Origin: Candidatus Bathyarchaeia archaeon
GTDB lineage: Archaea > Thermoproteota > Bathyarchaeia > 40CM-2-53-6
Reading direction: 5' to 3'
Length of the DNA: 64,000 nucleotides
NCBI GenBank assembly: GCA_049513715.1
Contig: JBEKVV010000001.1
Location: 192,001-256,000, forward strand
Shown: in pieces, positions 54,453 through 63,404 of the stretch
Layout of the letters: each line of letters begins with the position of its first letter
Position numbering within the stretch: position 1 is the first letter of the stretch
Translations under genes and position numbers: made by a program
Notes under the pieces: model-generated
The model's database searches: none
Told to the model about the DNA's origin: nothing
The model's input: the letters and a program-made list of their open reading frames with translations, nothing else

Positions 54453-55598
54453 TTACCTGCGGGGCCGCTCAATGGCCGCGCGTCCGTTCCTCTTGACAAG
54501 CAACTTCTTGGGCGCGCGAAGGCGTCGGAGTTCAGTGAGGCACCGGCTTAGGTCGAATGTCCATCCCTCTTCATCGTCGAACAGTTCATAGGATATTGTC
54601 TGTGTCTCCCGAGCGGAGAAGTCCAACCTAACCGAAGAGAAATCGTTGAGCATTCTCGCTTTGGCCATCTCGGAGAAGAAATCGAACATGCTTAAGAGCT
54701 GAGATTGGAGAATGGTCGTTCGCACAATGAGAGTGTTTTTGCGGAGAACCTTCGAGAAGCCTATAATGAAGAATAGGTCGTCTATGAGAGAGACTAACTT
54801 GTTTAGCGACGATTCACTTGTGAACTCGAGCATGATCTCATGGTACGCTGAGACCTCCGGAGGGTAGGGATGGACGTCAAGCGCGAAGCTGCCGATTATC
54901 CCGTTTGGAATCAGCCTCTTATCATAGCGGTATTTTGCGCCGGGGAGAGTCATCTCAAGCATCGAGGCAAGGTCCGTGTATCTCCTTCGGCCATTCTTCT
55001 CAAGTTCCTTTACAATAAGCAGGTCTTTCCTGTCAGCGAGATTGGGATAGCCGTCAGGGTCTGATATAGTTCGTTGAGGTTTGATCTTCTTGAGGGTGTT
55101 GAACCATCGTTCCCATGGAATCGTCCATTGATTTGCGGCGGGATTGTAGTATTTGAAGTTAGGAAAGTTCGGTTGCTGTTCTCCGGTCTGAATGATTTCG
55201 AAGCGAGTGATCAATCCTAGTCTGAGGACGGATCGCAGATACTCTTTGAACTCATCAAGAAACTTGACGGGGACGGCGTGAACTGAGTGGTGTGTGAATG
55301 CGCCTTCGCAGCGGTTGATTGACCACCACCAGTTGGGTATCTTGAGAGCCGCCTCCGCGCGATCCTCATAGCCTGATCTTGCGGTGACCAAGACTACTAG
55401 CCTTGTCATGCCGAACCTCGATATGTTGGGAATCAAGTAAGCAACACGCCGAGAACGGGCTTCAAGTTTTGCCACGCGATGGTACACCGAGGTGAATGGA
55501 ATATTGGTCCGTCTGGACACTTCTAGGAGGTTCCTCGGGCCGTATTTCCACATGGCGGAGAGTATCTTGATGTTTGTTCGGTCGAGTTGCTTCGCCAT
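54453..55598 (-). CDS. Tandem (double) Lrp/AsnC-like wHTH regulator
   Basis: Two HTH units LDRTNIKILSAM..VYHRVAKL and DRKDLLIVKELEKNGR..AKYRY; start at MAKQLD. Confidence 0.8.
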   Translation of the reverse strand: MAKQLDRTNIKILSAMWKYGPRNLLEVSRRTNIPFTSVYHRVAKLEARSRRVAYLIPNISRFGMTRLVVLVTARSGYEDRAEAALKIPNWWWSINRCEGAFTHHSVHAVPVKFLDEFKEYLRSVLRLGLITRFEIIQTGEQQPNFPNFKYYNPAANQWTIPWERWFNTLKKIKPQRTISDPDGYPNLADRKDLLIVKELEKNGRRRYTDLASMLEMTLPGAKYRYDKRLIPNGIIGSFALDVHPYPPEVSAYHEIMLEFTSESSLNKLVSLIDDLFFIIGFSKVLRKNTLIVRTTILQSQLLSMFDFFSEMAKARMLNDFSSVRLDFSARETQTISYELFDDEEGWTFDLSRCLTELRRLRAPKKLLVKRNGRAAIERPRR

Positions 55599-55739
55599 CT
55601 CTCTGACTGGTTTGACGGTGTCCGTGATGTGCACGGTTTCTGTCTGCAATGCAAACAACTGCGATTAGTACTGCTACCTGAGTTTATTATTCTTATCAAA
55701 AAATATGAAATGGGAGTTTTGCTTCGAGGGTTAACAGGC

Positions 55740-55871
55740 TTACAGTAGAATGGCTGCGATTATGTTGTGAGTGCCTCCTCCGCCCGGGTCGCCCGCACTG
55801 ACGTGAGTAAGGGTCAGCGCTACGGTCAGTAGAACGGACGCGGCAAGGGCGAGGAACATGAACTTGTTCAT
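55740..55871 (-). CDS. 43-aa putative secreted peptide (below the ORF-track cutoff)
   Basis: GGAGGTGA SD; MNKFMFLALAASVLLTVALTLTHVSA|GDPGGGGTHNIIAAILL*. Confidence 0.75.
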   Translation of the reverse strand: MNKFMFLALAASVLLTVALTLTHVSAGDPGGGGTHNIIAAILL

Positions 55872-55987
55872 GCTTGGATTCACCTCCCGTATATGAAGCA
55901 ATGTCAAGGTACTTAGTTTTTTACAAGAACAGGTTAAAGAGCAGGTAATCGATTTCCCACCGAGCGTGGGAGTGCGCAGAGTCAGTT

Positions 55988-56224
55988 TTGTGCGATCATT
56001 GCGAGGCCTTAGAGAAGACGTTGGTTCCTCTTCTGGGAGCCAAGACGACCGAGATTATTCTTGGGAGAGTGAAGCGAGAATTGCACAGCGATTTGGCTGT
56101 GGAGGTTAGATTCAACCGCAAAATTCCGGATGTTGGGCTTGGCCGGATTGAACCGGGGACGCGGCGACCTCTTCTAGCCGGTCAAATCAGAAGGGGTAGC
56201 AGAATGAATCGTAATTCTAAATAG
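55988..56224 (+). CDS. Small hypothetical protein
   Basis: Fills the gap before coxM; CxxC then an amphipathic helix; could be spurious. Confidence 0.35.
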   Translation: MCDHCEALEKTLVPLLGAKTTEIILGRVKRELHSDLAVEVRFNRKIPDVGLGRIEPGTRRPLLAGQIRRGSRMNRNSK

Positions 56225-56275
56225 TGCAGAGGCAGCTGGCTTTTACGAGCTGTCGGAATTGAAGGGTTCTGTTCT

Positions 56276-57151
56276 GTGATTCCCCCACGTTTTGATTACG
56301 TCGCGCCGCGTGAGTTGGCCGAAGCTGTCGACTTTCTTGAAAAGCATGGCGATTATGCAAAGATCCTCGCTGGAGGACACAGCCTCATTCCTTTGCTGCG
56401 TTTCAGATTTGCAAGCCCCAAGTATCTGGTGGATATCAACGGCATTTCCGATCTCGAGTACATGCGCGAATCTGATGGCCACCTGCATATTGGGCCCCTC
56501 ACTCGCTATGTAGATGTCGAGAGCTCGAAGTTAATTCAGTCGAAATATGCGGCACTGTCGGATGCGGCTGGGCATATTGCTGATCCACTGGTTAGGAACA
56601 TGGGCACGGTTGGGGGCAACGTTTGCCATAGTGACCCAGCGAACGACCTGCCCGCGGTCATGTTGGCTCTCGGAGCCTCAATCATTGCAGTTGGTCGTGC
56701 TGGTGAACGTGTCATCCCCGCTGAAGAGTTCTTCGTGGACACTTTCCAGACTGCACTGAAGCCAACCGAACTCCTCAAGGAGATTCTGGTACCGATTCCT
56801 CCTGCACGCACGGGGAACGCTTACCTCAAGTTGGAGAGAGGAGCGGGCGACTTCCCCGTGGTCGGCGTCGCAGCCCAAGTAAGACTTGATGAACAGGGCA
56901 GCTGCGAAGCCGTTGGGCTAGGTTTGACAGCGGCCGCTCCCAAGGTGCTCAAACCCAAACGTGCGGAGACCTTTCTCGAAGGTAAGAGGCTCAGTGAGAA
57001 GGAGATTCAAGAGGCAGCGTCTCTTGCGGCTCAAGACGCACAACCAGTATCCGACATACGCGGTCCAGCAGAATACAAACGAGAAATGGTCCAGGTTTTG
57101 GCGTTTCGAGCCTTGCAGCAGGCTCTAGAGCGAGCACGAGGAGGGGCCTGA
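56276..57151 (+). CDS. Xanthine dehydrogenase family FAD subunit (CoxM/CutM-like)
   Basis: [34 protein letters not shown]. Confidence 0.93.
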   Translation: MIPPRFDYVAPRELAEAVDFLEKHGDYAKILAGGHSLIPLLRFRFASPKYLVDINGISDLEYMRESDGHLHIGPLTRYVDVESSKLIQSKYAALSDAAGHIADPLVRNMGTVGGNVCHSDPANDLPAVMLALGASIIAVGRAGERVIPAEEFFVDTFQTALKPTELLKEILVPIPPARTGNAYLKLERGAGDFPVVGVAAQVRLDEQGSCEAVGLGLTAAAPKVLKPKRAETFLEGKRLSEKEIQEAASLAAQDAQPVSDIRGPAEYKREMVQVLAFRALQQALERARGGA

Positions 57152-57153
57152 AC

Positions 57154-57651
57154 ATGTCTCTGCACCACATCGTTGTGACGGTGAATGGAGAGAAGCGCGA
57201 AGCCGAAGTAGACTCGCGCCTGCTTCTGGTGCATTTCCTCAGAGAGACGCTGGGGCTTACGGGCACACACATTGGTTGCGATACAAGTAACTGCGGCGCA
57301 TGTGCAGTGATAATGGATGGCAAAGCAGTCAAGTCCTGCACGATTCTCGCCGTGCAGGCAGATGGGAAGGAGCTACTCACTGTTGAGGGGTTAGCGAAGA
57401 ATGGAAAGCTCCACCCCGTGCAGGAGGGCTTCCTGAAGAAGCACGGTCTTCAATGCGGTTTCTGCACGCCAGGAATGCTCATGACATCGTACTGGCTTCT
57501 TCAAAAGAACCCGAATCCAACGGAAGCGGAAATTCAAAGGGGAATTTCCGGAAACCTCTGCCGATGCACAGGTTACGTCAAAATTGTCGAGGCAATCCAA
57601 TACGCGTCGCAGAAGATGAGGGAGAGCAATGCACAAGTTCAAACCAAATGA
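57154..57651 (+). CDS. Xanthine dehydrogenase family 2Fe-2S subunit (CoxS/CutS-like)
   Basis: [27 protein letters not shown]. Confidence 0.95.
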   Translation: MSLHHIVVTVNGEKREAEVDSRLLLVHFLRETLGLTGTHIGCDTSNCGACAVIMDGKAVKSCTILAVQADGKELLTVEGLAKNGKLHPVQEGFLKKHGLQCGFCTPGMLMTSYWLLQKNPNPTEAEIQRGISGNLCRCTGYVKIVEAIQYASQKMRESNAQVQTK

Positions 57652-57702
57652 CGGATATCAAGACCGTTCTGTCACACAAAGAAACTTGGCGGGTGGTTAT
57701 CC

Positions 57703-59730
57703 ATGAGCGACAACTTGCGTCGCCTTGTCGAAGGTCGAGGACAGTTCGTGGACGATTTGCATCTCCCGAACATGCTCCACCTAAAGCTGGTGCGAAGTCC
57801 CTATGCTCGGGCGCGGGTTGCGAAAGTGAAAGGAGGAATAAACGGTTCCGAAGTCAAGTTTGATTTGGTGTCGGTAGGCGAAGGCGCGTCCGATGAGACC
57901 CAGACCGTTGCTTACCCTGTCCTCGCGTCGGATTACGTTAACTATGCCGGACAACCTGTCGCTGCCGTATTCGCAGAGGATCTCTACAAGGCAACGGACA
58001 AGATAGAAGAGGTGGAAGTTGAGTATGAACCACTGAAGCCTGTCGTTGATCCGGAAGAGGCTTTGCGCTCTGAGCCAATTCATCCCGGCACAAAATCCAA
58101 CATCATCAGCAGTGTTCAACTTGGCAAGGATTTCCGTGTCCCAAATGCCTACGTGGAGCTTGAAGAGGAATTTGCGAACGAGAGGATAATTACCGACCCA
58201 CTAGAACCCCGCGGACTCGTCGCGCATTTCGACGGATCGAGACTAACCGTGTGGGCGTCGACTCAGTCTGTTCACAGTTGGAAAGAAGGCATCTGTGATT
58301 GCATGGGTCTATCCGCTGACAAGGTGAGGGTTATCCAGTTGGACACTGGAGGAGCATTCGGCAGCAAGAGCAGTCTCTACCCTGAGTACGTGGTCGCCTG
58401 CTACCTCTCAATGAAGACGCGAAGACCTGTGAAATGGATCGAGACTCGTTCCGAGCATTTGTTGGTTACCCATCAGGGCAGAGGCACTAGAGCCAAAATG
58501 AGAATCTTCGCAGATAGAACTGGCGTCGTGTATGGCTTGAAGGGGGACTTGCTTGTAGATGCGGGAGCATATCCTGTGGGGATGGGAGCCTTCGCGCCTG
58601 GTTGGATAGGATTCCAGGTGACTGGACCATACACTTTCTCCCATGCCCTTGTCAACGCGAAGTCCGTGTACACAAACAAAGTTCCTTTGGGGCCGTATAG
58701 GGGAGCTGGAAGGCCTGAGGCAGCATTCTTCATTGAAAGGATGATGGACCTGCTAGCCGACGAACTTGGCATGGACCCTGTTGAGGTCAGACTCAAGAAC
58801 GTCAGTGGCGAACCATTCGTTTCGCCGCTCGGCCTGAGAACTGAACCATTCAAGCCGTTCCTTGAATCCGCCGCGCGCGAACTAGATTATCAAAACAGAG
58901 CACGAAAAGGAGCCGTGGGCTTCTCATGTTTCGTACTGATCCCTGCGATTCAACCTGGAGAATCGGCACGAGTGGCGATTGCGAAAGGGAAGGTCAAGGT
59001 TTGGATGGGTGGCTGCGCGCACGGTCAGGGTCATGATATCCTAGCGAAGGTGCTTGTAAGTGAGGAGTTGGGTGTTCCAGAAGCTTGCATTGAAGTTGAG
59101 AAGGGTGACACCGACCAATTGAGCGAAGGTGTTGGAACTTGGGGCAGCAGAACCACCATCGTGGGAGGAGGGGCCCTTGTTCAGGCTTGCCGAAAAATCA
59201 AGGATGAGGCCAAAAAGGCACTAGGGGACTACAGCTCTGATGCCTTGCTCGATCATGAGTTTGATGCTGAAGTCTTCTTCTCCCGGCGTGAACCGCTGAA
59301 CTCATTCGGAGCGAACTTGGTATCTGCATCCGCGGGCGAATTCGGTGTAATACGAATTGATGAGTGCATGGCTTACTACGACGCCGGGCGAGTTCTTAAT
59401 CCGGCAATGGTTGAGAGTCAGATAATAGGCGGCTCCGCACAAGCGATCGGGCAGGTGCTGTATGAAGAAGCCAAATATGATGAAGATGGCCAGCTGCTCG
59501 CAGCCACTATGGCAGAAGCAGGAATGCCAAAGGCCCAACACATGCCCAGGTTCACAATCAAACTGGCAACCAACACTTCGTCCCCCAACCAACCAAGAGG
59601 AGTCGGAGAAAGCCCAACAATGGGCGTCCCACCCGCCGCCGTCAGGGCTATTGAGAAATTGACCCGTAGGAAACTCACAGAGACACCAATTCGACCAGAG
59701 GACATTTCATCCAAGAAACTTGCGAAATGA
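57703..59730 (+). CDS. Xanthine dehydrogenase family molybdopterin subunit (CoxL/CutL-like, not form I)
   Basis: GGAFGSK, PYRGAGRPE, HGQGH, GTWGSR, RGVGE. Confidence 0.9.
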   Translation: MSDNLRRLVEGRGQFVDDLHLPNMLHLKLVRSPYARARVAKVKGGINGSEVKFDLVSVGEGASDETQTVAYPVLASDYVNYAGQPVAAVFAEDLYKATDKIEEVEVEYEPLKPVVDPEEALRSEPIHPGTKSNIISSVQLGKDFRVPNAYVELEEEFANERIITDPLEPRGLVAHFDGSRLTVWASTQSVHSWKEGICDCMGLSADKVRVIQLDTGGAFGSKSSLYPEYVVACYLSMKTRRPVKWIETRSEHLLVTHQGRGTRAKMRIFADRTGVVYGLKGDLLVDAGAYPVGMGAFAPGWIGFQVTGPYTFSHALVNAKSVYTNKVPLGPYRGAGRPEAAFFIERMMDLLADELGMDPVEVRLKNVSGEPFVSPLGLRTEPFKPFLESAARELDYQNRARKGAVGFSCFVLIPAIQPGESARVAIAKGKVKVWMGGCAHGQGHDILAKVLVSEELGVPEACIEVEKGDTDQLSEGVGTWGSRTTIVGGGALVQACRKIKDEAKKALGDYSSDALLDHEFDAEVFFSRREPLNSFGANLVSASAGEFGVIRIDECMAYYDAGRVLNPAMVESQIIGGSAQAIGQVLYEEAKYDEDGQLLAATMAEAGMPKAQHMPRFTIKLATNTSSPNQPRGVGESPTMGVPPAAVRAIEKLTRRKLTETPIRPEDISSKKLAK

Positions 59731-59757
59731 ACTAGCAGAGTCACAGTGGGCACGCTA

Positions 59758-59849
59758 TGGTGGGCCTGGCCGGATTTGAACCGGCGACCCCACGATCTCT
59801 GAGCAGCTGATATCAGTCGTGTGCTCCAACCATGCTGAGCTACAGGCCC
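59758..59849 (-). tRNA. tRNA-Ile(GAT) with 14-nt intron at 37/38 (59797-59810), encoded CCA
   Basis: Cloverleaf GGGCCTG/CAGGCCC; CACGA-CT-GAT-A|intron|A-TCGTG; GGTTCAAATCC. Confidence 0.95.
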
Positions 59850-60003
59850 GTTCGCTGGTCGGTGGTGGTGTTTTCGCTTTAAGCATTTGTCGGGTGCAAG
59901 GTATTCGGGCTGATTGGGTCTTGATTGCGTCGTAGTATATTCCAACTATAGAAATCATGCGTCACTATAATTAGCATATACATAGTGGTTCAAGTGCATA
60001 CTG

Positions 60004-60570
60004 GTGACGCGACAAGTGCATGAGGTAAGATTTCACGGAAGAGCAGGGCAGGGCATCCTAACGGCCAGCCGACTGCTCGCTCAAGCAGCGATTTTTGATG
60101 GCAAGTACGCGCAAGCGTTTCCCGACTTCGGGCCCGAAAGACTGGGCTCACCGGTTCAGGCGTTCTGCCGAATCGACGACCAACCCATAGAGATCAGAAG
60201 CCAAGTGTACACGCCAAACGCGGTCGCCGTCTTTGAGCAAAGCCTCCTGAACCTCGTTCCAGTGACGAATGGCATGGTATGTAAGGGCAATTTCGTTGTG
60301 AACGCCACAGACGCAGCGACGCCTGCTGTTAAGAAGTTGAGTGATGAATCAAAAACAGCTCCATACGTCATTGACGCATCGCGCATCGCAATGGAACTGA
60401 TTGGCTCGCCTACGGTGAGCACAATCATGCTGGGGGCTCTGGCGAGTGCATCAGGTTTTGTCAGCATTGATGCCTTAGAATCGGTTGTCAAACAGAGGTT
60501 TCACGGTAACATGGGAGAAGTGAACGCGAAAATGGTCAGAATGGGATTCAAAGAGGTGCGCCAAGCATGA
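60004..60570 (+). CDS. porG: Pyruvate/2-oxoacid:ferredoxin oxidoreductase gamma subunit
   Basis: RFHGRAGQG, FGPERLGSP. Confidence 0.92.
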   Translation: MTRQVHEVRFHGRAGQGILTASRLLAQAAIFDGKYAQAFPDFGPERLGSPVQAFCRIDDQPIEIRSQVYTPNAVAVFEQSLLNLVPVTNGMVCKGNFVVNATDAATPAVKKLSDESKTAPYVIDASRIAMELIGSPTVSTIMLGALASASGFVSIDALESVVKQRFHGNMGEVNAKMVRMGFKEVRQA

Positions 60571-60848
60571 GCGCAACTAAACCTGGTTGGCGCCAACTCA
60601 CAAGAGGCGCTGTCGTGACCCAACCGAGCTCGGCGAGAGAATTCAAGACAGGGAGCTGGCGCACCCAGAAACCCGTCCTAAATGAGGCCAAATGCACGAA
60701 TTGCTTATTCTGTTGGATCTGGTGCCCCGAACCCGCAATCGTACGAGGACCCAAGAAAGTCTCCTTCGACTACGATTACTGCAAAGGATGCGGCATTTGC
60801 GCAGTCGAATGTCCCGTTCACGCAATAGCGATGGAGGAGGAGCACTGA
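60567..60848 (+). CDS. porD: Pyruvate/2-oxoacid:ferredoxin oxidoreductase delta subunit
   Basis: TGSWR; two 4Fe-4S motifs; YCKGCGIC..CP. Confidence 0.93.
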   Translation: MSATKPGWRQLTRGAVVTQPSSAREFKTGSWRTQKPVLNEAKCTNCLFCWIWCPEPAIVRGPKKVSFDYDYCKGCGICAVECPVHAIAMEEEH

Positions 60849-60851
60849 AAG

Positions 60852-62042
60852 ATGATGAAACCTCAGAAAGTAGAACTCGTGCCGATGAGTGGGTCGGAAG
60901 CCGTCGCCAAAGCGGTAATACAATCGAACGTGGACTTCACTTCCGCCTACCCGATCACCCCCCAGACCATAATTGTCGAGCGGCTTAGCGATCTCGTAGC
61001 AACCGGAGAGACCAAAACAAGTTTCGTAAACGTAGAATCAGAGCATTCCGCGTTGTCAGCATGCGTAGGGGCAAGCCTAGCTGGAGGGCGAGTTTTTACA
61101 GCTACTTCAAGCCAAGGGTTAGCTTTGATGCACGAAGTCCTGTACCTTACTTCAGGCCTCAGGTGCCCGATTGTTATGGCCGTCGCCAACCGCGCCCTCT
61201 CGGCGCCGATTAGCATCCATGGCGACCACTCAGACATGATGGGTTCTAGAGATTCCGGTTGGGTACAACTGTACGTTGAAAACGCGCAAGAGGCCTACGA
61301 TTGGATTATGCTTGCCTACAGGATTGCTGAGGATGAGCGTGTGGCGTTGCCATTCACCGTGAATATGGACGGCTACGTGATCACACATTCGGTTGAGGCA
61401 ATGTCCCTGATTGACGACGAGACAGCGCACAAATACCTGCCACCGAGACAACCGCTCCTGAAACTAGACCCACAAAAACCCGTCACGTTCGGAACGCTAA
61501 CGCTACCCGACTACTACTTCGAGTTCAAGCGCCAGCAGGAAGAGGGAATGCGGAACGTGCCAGCTGCCTTCGCGGACGCCACAAAGGAATTCGCGGACCT
61601 TACTGGCAGACGATACGAACGTTTGGTTCCATTCGAACTTGAGGACGCAAAAGTCGCAGTCGTCTCGCTCGGAAGTGCCTCGGGAACTGTGAGGTGGGTA
61701 GCGAGAAACCTTAGGAAGAAGGGCCTACCGGTGGGTGCGTTGAAAATCGCACTCTATCGCCCGTTTCCACATGAGGAGGTTGGGAAGATGCTTGAGAACA
61801 TTGACGTCGTGATTGTGTTGGAGCGCGCACTTAGTCCGGGTTCACATTGCGGGCCACTTGGAAGCGACGTAGTCTGCTCACTTTACAACCGCTCGGCGCA
61901 GCCGCAAGTGTTAGACATAGTCGCCGGCTTAGGTGGCCGCGATTTGTCGCCAGATAGCATCGAAAAGATCTTCCGAACCGGACTGGAGGCTACATCTAGG
62001 CCTACTGGTCTTGAGATGGAGTTTGCAGGAGTGCGTGATTAG
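60852..62042 (+). CDS. porA: Pyruvate/2-oxoacid:ferredoxin oxidoreductase alpha subunit
   Basis: AYPITPQT, ESEHSA, TATSSQGL, GLGGRD. Confidence 0.95.
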   Translation: MMKPQKVELVPMSGSEAVAKAVIQSNVDFTSAYPITPQTIIVERLSDLVATGETKTSFVNVESEHSALSACVGASLAGGRVFTATSSQGLALMHEVLYLTSGLRCPIVMAVANRALSAPISIHGDHSDMMGSRDSGWVQLYVENAQEAYDWIMLAYRIAEDERVALPFTVNMDGYVITHSVEAMSLIDDETAHKYLPPRQPLLKLDPQKPVTFGTLTLPDYYFEFKRQQEEGMRNVPAAFADATKEFADLTGRRYERLVPFELEDAKVAVVSLGSASGTVRWVARNLRKKGLPVGALKIALYRPFPHEEVGKMLENIDVVIVLERALSPGSHCGPLGSDVVCSLYNRSAQPQVLDIVAGLGGRDLSPDSIEKIFRTGLEATSRPTGLEMEFAGVRD

Positions 62043-62044
62043 AA

Positions 62045-63016
62045 ATGGCCACTTTAAAGGAACTCCAGGTACAGGAACTGCTCGGACCTGGCCACAGGCT
62101 TTGCGCCGGGTGCGGAGGCGCAATCACCGCACGCATGACCCTCAAAGCAATCAAACGACCCATGGTCGTAGTGAACGCCACGGGCTGCTTGGAAGTAGCA
62201 ACAACCATCTACCCATACACCGCCTGGGGCGTCCCATGGGTACACGGCCTATTCGAAAACAACTCCGCAATAGCAAGCGGCATCGAAACCATCCTGAAAG
62301 CCAAGAACGGCGGAAAATTGGACACCGACATTATCGTATTCGGCGGTGACGGAGGAACATTCGACATCGGCCTACAGGCCCTATCAGGGGCTTTCGAAAG
62401 AAGGCACGACTTCGTGTACGTGTGCTATGACAACGAGGCTTACATGAACACGGGGATACAACGCTCGGGTGCAACTCCTGAGGGAGCTTGGACCACCACA
62501 ACCCCAGTAGGTGCTGCGTCGCCAGGGAAAGTGGGGCCGAAGAAGGATCTGATCGCAATCAGCCTCGCGCACCACATCGACTACGCCGCCACCGCATCTA
62601 CTGCCTATTGGAATGATTTCATCACCAAAGTTCAGAAGGCAGCTGCGGTTGAAGGACCAGCGTTGATTCACGCGATCTCCCCTTGCCCGTTGGGTTGGCG
62701 GTTCAAAACCGAGCAGACGATTCAAATGGGTAAGTTGGCGGTGCAGACTCGTTACTTCCCACTGTACGAAGTTGAGAAGGGGAAGTACAAGCTCAGCGTC
62801 AACCCGCACCAAGAGCCGTTGGAAAAGTTCCTCAAAATGCAAGGACGCTTCAACCACCTCTTCAAACCAGAATATGCGGGTGAACTTGAGGCGTTAAGGA
62901 ACCAAGTTGACCAGAAATGGAATGCACTACAGGAGCTCTGCCAGGGAAGGCATCCCACATGGAACGGCTCCAATATTACAACTCGTCCCACTCCAACCCC
63001 TACTGCGGCGAACTAA
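62045..63016 (+). CDS. porB: Pyruvate/2-oxoacid:ferredoxin oxidoreductase beta subunit
   Basis: GHRLCAGCG, GGDGG, DNEAYMNTGIQRS, PCP.GW. Confidence 0.95.
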   Translation: MATLKELQVQELLGPGHRLCAGCGGAITARMTLKAIKRPMVVVNATGCLEVATTIYPYTAWGVPWVHGLFENNSAIASGIETILKAKNGGKLDTDIIVFGGDGGTFDIGLQALSGAFERRHDFVYVCYDNEAYMNTGIQRSGATPEGAWTTTTPVGAASPGKVGPKKDLIAISLAHHIDYAATASTAYWNDFITKVQKAAAVEGPALIHAISPCPLGWRFKTEQTIQMGKLAVQTRYFPLYEVEKGKYKLSVNPHQEPLEKFLKMQGRFNHLFKPEYAGELEALRNQVDQKWNALQELCQGRHPTWNGSNITTRPTPTPTAAN

Positions 63017-63033
63017 CGCCAAGGAGGTGAGAC

Positions 63034-63168
63034 GTGGTGAAGACGGTTGGAAGATGTGCTGAATGCCGGGACTGCTACGGAAGCGATTGCACCCCGTGCA
63101 CGATCTGCGGAGCGACCCCATACGACGCCTGCATGCACTGCCCGCCAAGCCTAATACTCGGCGGTTAG
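63034..63168 (+). CDS. 44-aa Cys-rich microprotein (below the ORF-track cutoff)
   Basis: AGGAGGTGA SD; MVKTVGRCAECRDCYGSDCTPCTICGATPYDACMHCPPSLILGG*. Confidence 0.7.
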   Translation: MVKTVGRCAECRDCYGSDCTPCTICGATPYDACMHCPPSLILGG

Positions 63169-63249
63169 ACTGACCCCTCGTTAAGACAAGCGCGTAAGTC
63201 GGCAAGTCCAAGCTGGTTCTCGTTTCTGGTTAGCTGGCTCTCTCGAATA

Positions 63250-63262
63250 AACCGTTTAAATC
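63250..63262 (+). promoter_or_regulatory. TATA box for tRNA-Ala
   Basis: TTTAAA about 27-32 nt upstream of the tRNA 5' end. Confidence 0.55.
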
Positions 63263-63286
63263 AGGGCGGGTTTTCTTAGGCCGCGA

Positions 63287-63404
63287 GGGCCGGTAGTTCA
63301 GCCTGGTATACCCCAAGAATCATCAAGGGCCAAAGAACGCCCGGTTCGCATAAGTTCCAAGAAAAACCGGGAGGCCGCGGGTTCAAATCCCGCCCGGTCC
63401 ACCA
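63287..63404 (+). tRNA. tRNA-Ala(CGC) with two introns (D-arm 63310-63334; 37/38 63351-63365), encoded CCA
   Basis: GGGCCGG/CCGGTCC with G3:U70; CCCGG-TT-CGC-A|..|A-CCGGG; intron removal restores CAGCCTGGTATGAAC. Confidence 0.92.

Noticed and set aside
55740..55871. Lasso peptide or other RiPP precursor
   Set aside because: Acidic residue is at core position 2, not 7-9; no maturation enzymes nearby
57703..59730. Form I aerobic CO dehydrogenase
   Set aside because: Lacks AYXCSFR; no coxDEFG accessory genes adjacent
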